DNA from: Eubacteriales bacterium
GTDB lineage: Bacteria > Bacillota > Clostridia > Oscillospirales > CAG-382
Reading direction: 5' to 3'
Assembly (NCBI GenBank): GCA_045589515.1
Contig: JAZNPH010000025.1
Coordinates: 4,034 to 68,033, forward strand
Length of the DNA: 64,000 nucleotides
Part shown: positions 29,030-36,372 of the stretch, one piece after another
Layout: the number at the start of each line of letters is the position of its first letter
Position numbering within the stretch: the stretch's first letter is position 1
Position numbers and translations under genes: made by a program
Notes under the pieces: generated by a model
What the model was told of the DNA's origin: nothing
Databases searched by the model: none
Seen by the model: the letters and a program-made list of their open reading frames with translations, nothing else

Positions 29030-31153
29030 TTATTTGCGTTTTTTGATCAGCAAGGCAACCACAGCCAGAACGGCAGCGACGCCCCAAACTGCGATCAAAA
29101 TCCAAAGATATCTTCCGCCATTGGAAGGTTCCTCAGGTGCGGAAAGGGCTTCGGAAGACTCTTCGGAAACAACGGGAGGCTCCTCACCAACGTGGAGTAC
29201 AAGGGTGTATTCCACAGTCTCGTTCTGGCCGTCGGTGACGGTGATAACAACCTCCGCATCCCCCGCAAAGCCTTCGTCGGGGATGAAGATCAGGCTCTTT
29301 TTGGTGGCGGAGATCTGGGCTCGACCATTGACACAGGATTCCACCACCGCCTTCAGATCACCGGGGAAGGAATCGGCGTCGGAAACAGAAATCTCAACCT
29401 CCGAGCGTTCCCCTGCAGGGACGTAGGCTTCCTTGGGGATCTCGCAGAGAGGAGGAAGGTTTTCATATGTTTCTTTGATAAACAGATAGGTAATGTCGTA
29501 GAGACGGCGAAGTCTGCGCTCGTTGCCGCCTCCTCCGGTGGAGTGGCAGAAGTTATAAAGCGTACCCGGTCCCGCTCCCTGATAGAAGGTGTGGAGGGCG
29601 TTCATGTATCCCGTTTTGGAACCCACAAAGAGATATCGCTCGTAATTACGAACGGCCTCCGCCATAGTCTCGGGATTTGTAAAGAAAGCGGGCTCGTTGG
29701 TTTCGATCTCAACACCCAGATGGTATTTCCCGATGGTGTCCGAAAACTCCCAAAGCATTTCCGTATCGAAATAGGGACGGCTATCGGTGATGGCTACGTT
29801 AGGCTGCATCACGGCGGCATCGAAGCCCAGCTCCTGCCAATGGTCAAAGCCTGTGGACAGATAGAAGGGGTCGAACAGCACGGATTTCCCTCCGTCCTCG
29901 ATGGCCTTTGTGGCAAGCTTGGTAAACTTTGCCTCGTCCTCCGACCAGGAATAGTTTACTTCCTCACCGTACCAGTAGTAGCCTACCAGCTCCAGATGGG
30001 AGAAATTTGCCTGTTCAAAACGGTTCGTCACATATTCGTCGTACCATTTTACAGCGGCAGCACGTTCTTCGGGGGTTCGGGTGTAATCCGCCTTGCCGTC
30101 ACCGTCCAGGTCGCCAAAGGTCTTGGTGGGGAACCCTGCGTAGGGCATGGTCAACAGTACGGGGAATTTGCCCTCAATACCCAGCTTGGTGTACACCTGC
30201 TCCACGGCGGTGTTCAAGGCGTCCAGATCGTAGCCGTCCTCGAACAGGAAATCGGTATAGTAGATCCAGTCACTCATAACAGCGGCGGGGTACTTGGAGG
30301 TCTTGACCAGGGTGCCGCCGGAGGGGTATGCAAAGTTGGTGGAGACACAGGGAACAAAGGCAACGGCATCAAACATGGTATCCGTAATCTCCATGTCCGC
30401 AGAGAGATACGCCACGTAGGGCAACAGCTCCTCTACCGTGTTTCGAGCTCTGTCCTGAGCAGAGGGGAAATAGCCGTTGTACATCTTGATGATATCGGTG
30501 ATGCCCTCCAGGGAAGTGCAATAGGAGGAATCCTTGACAGGATCGGGGGTAACCTTTCGTTCGGAGCCGGAAAGGGTCCTGCTACCGTAGATCTCGATCT
30601 CGTCGCACACGCCGAAGATGTCACAGCAGTATTCCACCCGCACGTACTTTGCGGCGGTAGACTCAATAGAGAGCTTGGCATCAAAACGGCGTGAGGAGGC
30701 ATTCAGCGCGAAGGAGGGTTTGCAAGTACCTGCCAGGAACCAGTCCTCTCCGTTGTCGGAAAGGTACAGATTTACATAACGGGGTGCGTAGAAGGCGGTA
30801 CCACTGTCGTGATAAAAGCCTGCGGAAAAGCCATCGATGGCTACAGGAGCGTCAAAGGCGAAGGTGACGTAACGGGAACGAGAACGGAAGGAGGTGTACC
30901 AGGCGGAATCCTTGATTCCGCTTTTGGCGCGAACGCCGTCGGTCAGTTTTCCGGCAATGCCCAAACCGTCCTCGCTATCGTAGGTTGCTCCGCTTTCGGA
31001 GAAATTGGAATAGGAATGTTGGGTGGGGACACTGTTTTCCACGGTGTACGCCATTCCGGACACCAGATTGACGCTCTCGGCGCTTGCAGACCCTGTCAGG
31101 GGCAAAAGCAAAGAGAGCAGGATCAAAGAAACGAGCACCAGCTTCTTGAACAT
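29030..31153 (-). CDS. Secreted discoidin (F5/8 type C)-like plus DUF4855-like protein with Ig-like domain and C-terminal TM anchor
   Basis: It has a signal peptide (LLLPLTGSASA-ES) and an N-terminal discoidin-like region (LTDG......W....R...YVTF.F...V.I). It also has a large central domain I recall as DUF4855-like and a C-terminal helix YLWILIAVWGVAAVLAVVALLIKKRK. Confidence 0.55.
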   Translation of the reverse strand: MFKKLVLVSLILLSLLLPLTGSASAESVNLVSGMAYTVENSVPTQHSYSNFSESGATYDSEDGLGIAGKLTDGVRAKSGIKDSAWYTSFRSRSRYVTFAFDAPVAIDGFSAGFYHDSGTAFYAPRYVNLYLSDNGEDWFLAGTCKPSFALNASSRRFDAKLSIESTAAKYVRVEYCCDIFGVCDEIEIYGSRTLSGSERKVTPDPVKDSSYCTSLEGITDIIKMYNGYFPSAQDRARNTVEELLPYVAYLSADMEITDTMFDAVAFVPCVSTNFAYPSGGTLVKTSKYPAAVMSDWIYYTDFLFEDGYDLDALNTAVEQVYTKLGIEGKFPVLLTMPYAGFPTKTFGDLDGDGKADYTRTPEERAAAVKWYDEYVTNRFEQANFSHLELVGYYWYGEEVNYSWSEDEAKFTKLATKAIEDGGKSVLFDPFYLSTGFDHWQELGFDAAVMQPNVAITDSRPYFDTEMLWEFSDTIGKYHLGVEIETNEPAFFTNPETMAEAVRNYERYLFVGSKTGYMNALHTFYQGAGPGTLYNFCHSTGGGGNERRLRRLYDITYLFIKETYENLPPLCEIPKEAYVPAGERSEVEISVSDADSFPGDLKAVVESCVNGRAQISATKKSLIFIPDEGFAGDAEVVITVTDGQNETVEYTLVLHVGEEPPVVSEESSEALSAPEEPSNGGRYLWILIAVWGVAAVLAVVALLIKKRK

Positions 31154-31261
31154 ACGATTATCTCCTTTTCACATCTTAAGTACAGTATAAAGCTTTTTGA
31201 GGAAAATGCAAGGGGCGGAAAAAACTTTTTTTGCATATGCTGTAAATCAGAGGTGTTGTTT

Positions 31262-31987
31262 ATGTTTGACGGCAAGACGGTTGCTTTTCGGTTGCCCTGC
31301 GAGACGCCTGCTTTTTCCGTTGTGTTGACGGGTGAAGAAGGGTTTGCTGCGATTGACAGGCGGGAAAAGGCTGTATATTTGTTCTCCGCCCGGGGACAAT
31401 TTTTGGAGGCAGTATCAACGACGAGAGCATACGATGTGATCACAAGGGCGGGAGAGAACGGTTATCTTGCGCTCCCCCGCTGTGCATGCAGGCGGTATTC
31501 TAATCGGATCTATTTCTTGAACAAGGCCTTTGAGGAGGTGGGCAGCCTGGACCTCCCTTGGGAGGATGAGGACTGCGGAGAGTTGACGGACGTTTATTTC
31601 ACAGAGGACTGCGAGATCATGGCAACCTTCAAAAACAGCCTACGGGTATACGATCTCATGGGAAAGCAGACGGACGAGATGAACGATCCATCTTCCCGAT
31701 ATCTGTTCAACGTTGCCACCAACGAGGAATTAACAGCGGTACATCATCGCCGCAGGTGGGAGGATATGCTGACGGTGGCGTCTCCCACCAACACACAAAC
31801 GGGAGCGATCTGCGGGCGGCTTGTCCTGCGGGATCTGATTGCAGCAAAAGAAGGCGTTTTTTACGGACTATTCGGCTTCCGTTACCGGTATAATTATCTG
31901 TTACCTGTCTATTCCAACGGACGGATCATCCTTCCGAGCGAGGATGAGCTTTTCACCTTTCTGCAAAATGTTACACCCTGTTCTTGA
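31262..31987 (+). CDS. Hypothetical protein
   Basis: This is the in-frame ATG at 31262 within ORF 30809..31987. The upstream part of that ORF is antisense to the previous gene. The protein is 241 aa with no recognisable motifs. Confidence 0.4.
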   Translation: MFDGKTVAFRLPCETPAFSVVLTGEEGFAAIDRREKAVYLFSARGQFLEAVSTTRAYDVITRAGENGYLALPRCACRRYSNRIYFLNKAFEEVGSLDLPWEDEDCGELTDVYFTEDCEIMATFKNSLRVYDLMGKQTDEMNDPSSRYLFNVATNEELTAVHHRRRWEDMLTVASPTNTQTGAICGRLVLRDLIAAKEGVFYGLFGFRYRYNYLLPVYSNGRIILPSEDELFTFLQNVTPCS

Positions 31988-32037
31988 AAAGGAGCAAAAA
32001 ATGTGATACAATGCTTCCTGTAAGGAGGTGTTTTCAC

Positions 32038-32847
32038 ATGGTAAAACCGATTGATGAAAAGATTCTGAAACGGTTATTGCCCAGAGCGGAGGATTCCCAC
32101 AAAGGAAGCTTTGGAACCCTTTCCATGCTTTGCGGATGCGAGGATATGCCCGGTGCGGCGTATTTGGCGGCTTCGGGGGCATTACGTAGCGGCGTGGGAT
32201 TTTTGATGGCAGCGGCAGAGGGAGGATTGAAAACGGTCTTACAAAGCCGTCTGGCAGAGCCTGTATGGATCTCCCCGGAAGCACTTCCCCATCCTTCCGC
32301 AACGGCGTTTCTTTGCGGATGCGGTCTGGGACGGACGAGAGATGACCAATTGAAATCAATTTTGCCGAAGATATTCGTTCCCGCTGTTTACGACGCGGAT
32401 TGCATAAATTTTTTTGCTTTGCATAAAGATGTGTTGGACGGACTATCCGCATCCTTTGTGCTGACCCCGCACCCCATGGAATTTTCCCGTTTAACGGGAA
32501 TTGCCGTAGAGCGGATTCGGCAAAACAGGGAATCTCTTGCGGCTGAATTTGCGCACAAGCACGGCTGTGTTTTGGTTCTCAAGGGACACGGAACAGTGGT
32601 GGCATCTCCCCAGGGTGAGATCTACGTGAATACCAGCGGCTGTAACGCTCTTGCCAAAGGCGGCAGCGGCGACGTATTGGCAGGCGTTATCGCATCCCTG
32701 TTGGCACAGGGGCATTCCTGCTTGGATGCGGCTTGCATCGGTGTGTATGCCCACGGCCTTGCGGGAGAGCGATTGGCAGAAAAGCAAGGAATGCGAGGGG
32801 TTTTGCCCTCCGACCTGCCTATGGAGATCGGGAGGATCCTGGGATAA
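32038..32847 (+). CDS. nnrD: ADP-dependent NAD(P)H-hydrate dehydratase (YjeF C-terminal domain)
   Basis: The ATG at 32038 has the RBS AAGGAGG 8 nt upstream. Motifs are HKGSFGTL, TPHPMEF..L, LKG..T and GGSGDVLAG. Confidence 0.8.
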   Translation: MVKPIDEKILKRLLPRAEDSHKGSFGTLSMLCGCEDMPGAAYLAASGALRSGVGFLMAAAEGGLKTVLQSRLAEPVWISPEALPHPSATAFLCGCGLGRTRDDQLKSILPKIFVPAVYDADCINFFALHKDVLDGLSASFVLTPHPMEFSRLTGIAVERIRQNRESLAAEFAHKHGCVLVLKGHGTVVASPQGEIYVNTSGCNALAKGGSGDVLAGVIASLLAQGHSCLDAACIGVYAHGLAGERLAEKQGMRGVLPSDLPMEIGRILG

Positions 32848-32880
32848 GTCCGTATCTGAACAGAAACGGGACGATGGCAT

Positions 32881-33387
32881 TTGAGAAAGCTTTGGTTGAT
32901 TCCCCTGGTATGCATTCTGCTTTGCGGTTGCGGAGAAAAAAGAGCACAGCCGGAGGAAGCTTTACGATCGGCGATGGAGATCAACTTTTCCACGGAGGAT
33001 GTGGAAGGAATTCTTACAGTGACGGAGTCCGGGTGTACTTTTTCCTTTACCAAGCCCGACACACTGAAAAAGCTGACAGTCTTCTACGACGGAAAGGAAT
33101 TGACGGCAAAGTACGGGAAAATGGAAACCAAGGTGCCGAAATCCTTCCTGGGGAAAATTTTGCCCATCTATCAGCTGTTGGAAGCCTTCCGAGACGGAAC
33201 AGCTGAGCAAAGCGGGGAAAATATCCGCAAGGTAACCCTTGACGAACGGGAATTTTTGTTGTATTATAATTTAGAGAGCAATCGAATCACTCGTTTGGAA
33301 GTGAAAGGAGCAGACGGCACGTACGCGTACGACGTGCTTTCCTACATAGAAAAGAATGACGACACAGAGAGTGCGGGTTCAGATTGA
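32881..33387 (+). CDS. Hypothetical lipoprotein
   Basis: It has a TTG start and the signal peptide MRKLWLIPLVCILLCGCGEK with a lipobox (LLCG-C). The protein is 168 aa. Confidence 0.5.
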   Translation: MRKLWLIPLVCILLCGCGEKRAQPEEALRSAMEINFSTEDVEGILTVTESGCTFSFTKPDTLKKLTVFYDGKELTAKYGKMETKVPKSFLGKILPIYQLLEAFRDGTAEQSGENIRKVTLDEREFLLYYNLESNRITRLEVKGADGTYAYDVLSYIEKNDDTESAGSD

Positions 33388-34456
33388 GACCCGAAAGATC
33401 AAAGAGAATTACAGGCATTTGCAAGCACTTGTTCCCGAAAGCTGCAAGGTTTTGGCAGTGGTAAAGGCGGACGCCTACGGCCACGGTGCCGTGGAGATCT
33501 GCAATCTTCTTTACGAAAGCGGCTGCCGTTATTTTGCGGTTGCTTGTATTGAGGAAGCCATGCATTTGCGGAAGCATGGGATCAAAGGAAACATTCTGAT
33601 CTTGGGCAATACGGATCCCTCTTATGCCAAGCAGCTGGAGGAGTTGGATCTGATCCAGACGGTTGACGGAGAAGAATACGCCAAGGCGTTGGCCGAGGGC
33701 GGCAAGGTACGTATTCACATCAAGGTGGATACGGGTATGTCCCGTTTGGGGCTATACTGCCACCGCGAGGAAGATATTACCAATACCGCGAAGGTAATCC
33801 AACGTATCGCCTCCTCGGAGGGGCTTTTGGTGGAGGGCATCTTTACCCACTTTGCGGACAGCGACGGGGCGACGGAGGACTTTACACGGAAGCAGTTCGG
33901 GCTGTTCTCTTCCCTGCTGAATGCTCTGAATTCCATGGGTGTGGACGTTGGGCTCAGACATTGCTGTAACAGTGCGGGAATCCTGCGCTTCCCGGAAATG
34001 CATTTGGATATGGTCCGTGCCGGGCTGGTGCTTTACGGGCTGATGCCTTCTTCCTACGTGTACGATCCTGCCTTACAGCCTGCCATGAAGCTGATTGCGA
34101 GAGTTTCCGCTGTAAACACATTGCAAGCAGGAGATGCGGTCTCCTACGGCGGCATCTTTAAGGCAGATAAAGAGATGCGGGTGGCCGTGCTTTCCATCGG
34201 GTACGCCGACGGACTTTCCAGGGCGTTATCCGGTGACCTGAGCGTCACCATCAACGGGAGCGAGGTTCCGCTGATCGGACGGATCTGCATGGATCTTTGC
34301 ATGGCGGATCTTGGGGACATTCCCTGCAAGGCGGGGGATGAGGCGGTGATCTTTGATTCTCCGGAGAAGATCGAGGAAATCGCCGAAAAACTTGGCACCA
34401 TCAATTACGAGGTGATCTGCTCTCTGAAAAAGCGGGTCTACATCGAATATATCTGA
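33356..34456 (+). CDS. alr: Alanine racemase
   Basis: It has the PLP-lysine motif AVVKADAYGHG and C-terminal motifs VSYGG and GRI.MD. The protein is 366 aa. Confidence 0.9.
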   Translation: MTTQRVRVQIETRKIKENYRHLQALVPESCKVLAVVKADAYGHGAVEICNLLYESGCRYFAVACIEEAMHLRKHGIKGNILILGNTDPSYAKQLEELDLIQTVDGEEYAKALAEGGKVRIHIKVDTGMSRLGLYCHREEDITNTAKVIQRIASSEGLLVEGIFTHFADSDGATEDFTRKQFGLFSSLLNALNSMGVDVGLRHCCNSAGILRFPEMHLDMVRAGLVLYGLMPSSYVYDPALQPAMKLIARVSAVNTLQAGDAVSYGGIFKADKEMRVAVLSIGYADGLSRALSGDLSVTINGSEVPLIGRICMDLCMADLGDIPCKAGDEAVIFDSPEKIEEIAEKLGTINYEVICSLKKRVYIEYI

Positions 34457-34462
34457 ATATAA

Positions 34463-34492
34463 AAAGACTTCCCGAAAAAGGAAGTCTTTTTT
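34463..34492 (+). terminator. Rho-independent terminator of alr
   Basis: The stem is AGACTTCC / GGAAGTCT with loop CGAAAAA, followed by TTTTT. Confidence 0.75.
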
Positions 34493-34499
34493 AGTGGCT

Positions 34500-35354
34500 T
34501 TATGCGGGAATGAACCTCAGCAGGGCACAGGCGCCAACCATGGCGCTGGAGCAACAGATCTGCTTTTTACCGGGGGCATATTCGGAGATATGATGCCCGT
34601 GAACGTGGCCGCAAAGGATGGCGGCGATGGGACAGGATTCTTCTTGCAGATATGCGAGGAATTCAGCGCTCTCCGCATCTACGTCGTCCCCGCCCAGTAA
34701 GAAGTAAGGGTTGAAGATAGCAGTCTCTGCCGTGTTGTAGGGCGTTTTTACGGGAATATGCATAGCAAGCACGGGAACATTGCCCTGAGCGCTTTCTTGC
34801 AGTGCGGCGGATTTCACGGTCTCGGACAACTCCCGGGAGATCTTCTTGCGGGAATTATCGATACCGAGGAGGGACAGGTTGCCAAACCGAAGGATCTGTA
34901 CGGATCCTTCTCCGGTATAGGGCAGATAAGCCTCGTCGTTACCCACCTCGTGGTTGCCGCGCACCCACATCCGAGGAATCTCCACGTCCTGCAAGGCCTT
35001 CCCAAGGAAATCGATGGTCTCGGTGCTGAAGTCGTTGAGCATATCTCCCGTCATCAAAAGGCCGTTAGGCTTTTTTTCATTCACCAGGGCAATATACTTT
35101 GCAAGTGCTTCCTCGGGTTGGATGAGATGAGGCTCGTCGTAAGCATCGCCGTAGAGCTTTGCGAAGGAAAGGCGGACCCCCTGCCAGGCATCTCGCTGTT
35201 TTTGAGCAAAGGCCTTCCATTCCTCGGTGCTGTTTTCGTCGGTGACGATGAGGTGCAGGTCGGACATATGGAAGATCTGCACTTCCTCCTTAAGCCCTGC
35301 AATCGGAATGATCCGTTCGGTTACCTGGAAATAAGGATCGTTTGTATAAAACAT
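34500..35354 (-). CDS. Metallophosphoesterase (calcineurin-like)
   Basis: The ordered motifs are HMSDLH, TGDMLND, GNHE and CGHVHGH. Confidence 0.75.
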   Translation of the reverse strand: MFYTNDPYFQVTERIIPIAGLKEEVQIFHMSDLHLIVTDENSTEEWKAFAQKQRDAWQGVRLSFAKLYGDAYDEPHLIQPEEALAKYIALVNEKKPNGLLMTGDMLNDFSTETIDFLGKALQDVEIPRMWVRGNHEVGNDEAYLPYTGEGSVQILRFGNLSLLGIDNSRKKISRELSETVKSAALQESAQGNVPVLAMHIPVKTPYNTAETAIFNPYFLLGGDDVDAESAEFLAYLQEESCPIAAILCGHVHGHHISEYAPGKKQICCSSAMVGACALLRFIPA

Positions 35355-35365
35355 AGGCAGACCGC

Positions 35366-36229
35366 TTATTCAAAGGTGACGCTGGAAGCCCATTCAAAGA
35401 CGTCGTCCTTCAGCTTGGAAGTGCTCTTTTCCATGATGGCAAACTCCACAATCCAGAAGGCATCGTCGGTCTTATAGAAGAAGCTGAAATATCTGTATTC
35501 GGTGTCGTCTGCGGGATCTTCGTAGGTGTATTCAATGTAGACCAGATCGTCTTCTGTCTTCGTCTCGAAATCACCCTCAAGCGCATCGATATCCATATTT
35601 GCAATAACTGCGTCGATATATTCGTCCAGGGTAAACTCCTCCAATCCATCGTACGCGGCAAACTTCTCCTTGACGATCATGACGACGGCGTCGTTGGAAG
35701 AATAGCACTGGGTGAAGCCCATCGCATCTTCTTCGCTAAAATTATCCGTCAGAGTGATGGACATACCATCTGCGTTGAAGGTCTTGCCGGATGCGAAATC
35801 CAGATTGCGGAGAACACCAATGGCAACGCCCACCAAAATGGCCACCAGGATGATCACAACGCTCTTGACGGTGTTTTTCTTACGCTGCTTTAAAACGGCT
35901 TCGTTGGAATTGCCGTCAAAGCGGAAGGGGTTGCCCGCGCCGGGGTTGTAGGTGCATTTGCCGGACAGGACGATATCCTCCGTGCCCGCGGGGAGCTGGT
36001 AGAACTCGCCGGAAAGGCTTTTGCTGAGCACGTCGGCGATGACGTAAATCTTGGCCTCCTCGTCGCCTACCACGAAGTTGCGCTCTTCCCCGTTCTTCAG
36101 CTCACCGATCTTACGGCAGGGAACGCCGCCGATGGTGATCTCCTGGGACTGAGGGTCTTCGATGTAGACCTTCATGGTTGCCAAAGCCGCGACACCGGAC
36201 TTGGTACGAATAATGGTTACGTTTCTCAT
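35366..36229 (-). CDS. Hypothetical single-pass membrane protein
   Basis: The ATG at 36227-36229 is preceded by the strong RBS AAGGAGG; the listed ORF starts at an upstream GTG. There is a central TM helix (VVIILVAILVGVAIGVL). I recognise no family. Confidence 0.5.
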   Translation of the reverse strand: MRNVTIIRTKSGVAALATMKVYIEDPQSQEITIGGVPCRKIGELKNGEERNFVVGDEEAKIYVIADVLSKSLSGEFYQLPAGTEDIVLSGKCTYNPGAGNPFRFDGNSNEAVLKQRKKNTVKSVVIILVAILVGVAIGVLRNLDFASGKTFNADGMSITLTDNFSEEDAMGFTQCYSSNDAVVMIVKEKFAAYDGLEEFTLDEYIDAVIANMDIDALEGDFETKTEDDLVYIEYTYEDPADDTEYRYFSFFYKTDDAFWIVEFAIMEKSTSKLKDDVFEWASSVTFE

Positions 36230-36331
36230 ATTTGCCTCCTTTTTAAGCGCCGCAAGGTTCGCGGCTCTTTTTGTCACGGTCAGTATACCATATCGTTAGG
36301 AAAAACACAAGTGGTCAGGCTTATTTTTTAC

Positions 36332-36365
36332 AAAAAAAGAAGGCAACTTTTGCGTTGCCTTCTTT
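36332..36365 (-). terminator. Rho-independent terminator closing the 24-kb surface-protein operon
   Basis: There is a 12-bp stem, AAAGAAGGCAAC (36336-36347) / GTTGCCTTCTTT (36354-36365). It is followed on the minus strand by a run of seven T. It lies 8 nt after the stop of the dockerin gene. Confidence 0.75.
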
Positions 36366-36372
36366 GAAAAAA

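Noticed and set aside
31901-32452. A 183-aa minus-strand ORF and a 146-aa ORF (32622-33062) overlap nnrD and the lipoprotein gene.
   Set aside because: They are antisense to genes with clear motifs (HKGSFG, GGSGDVLAG; lipobox). Their composition is Arg/Pro-rich and atypical of real proteins.
28568-34456. I considered a Bacillus-like alr-mazE-mazF operon linkage.
   Set aside because: alr (33356-34456) is downstream of mazF and 4.4 kb away, separated by oppositely oriented genes and terminators. The two are not co-transcribed.
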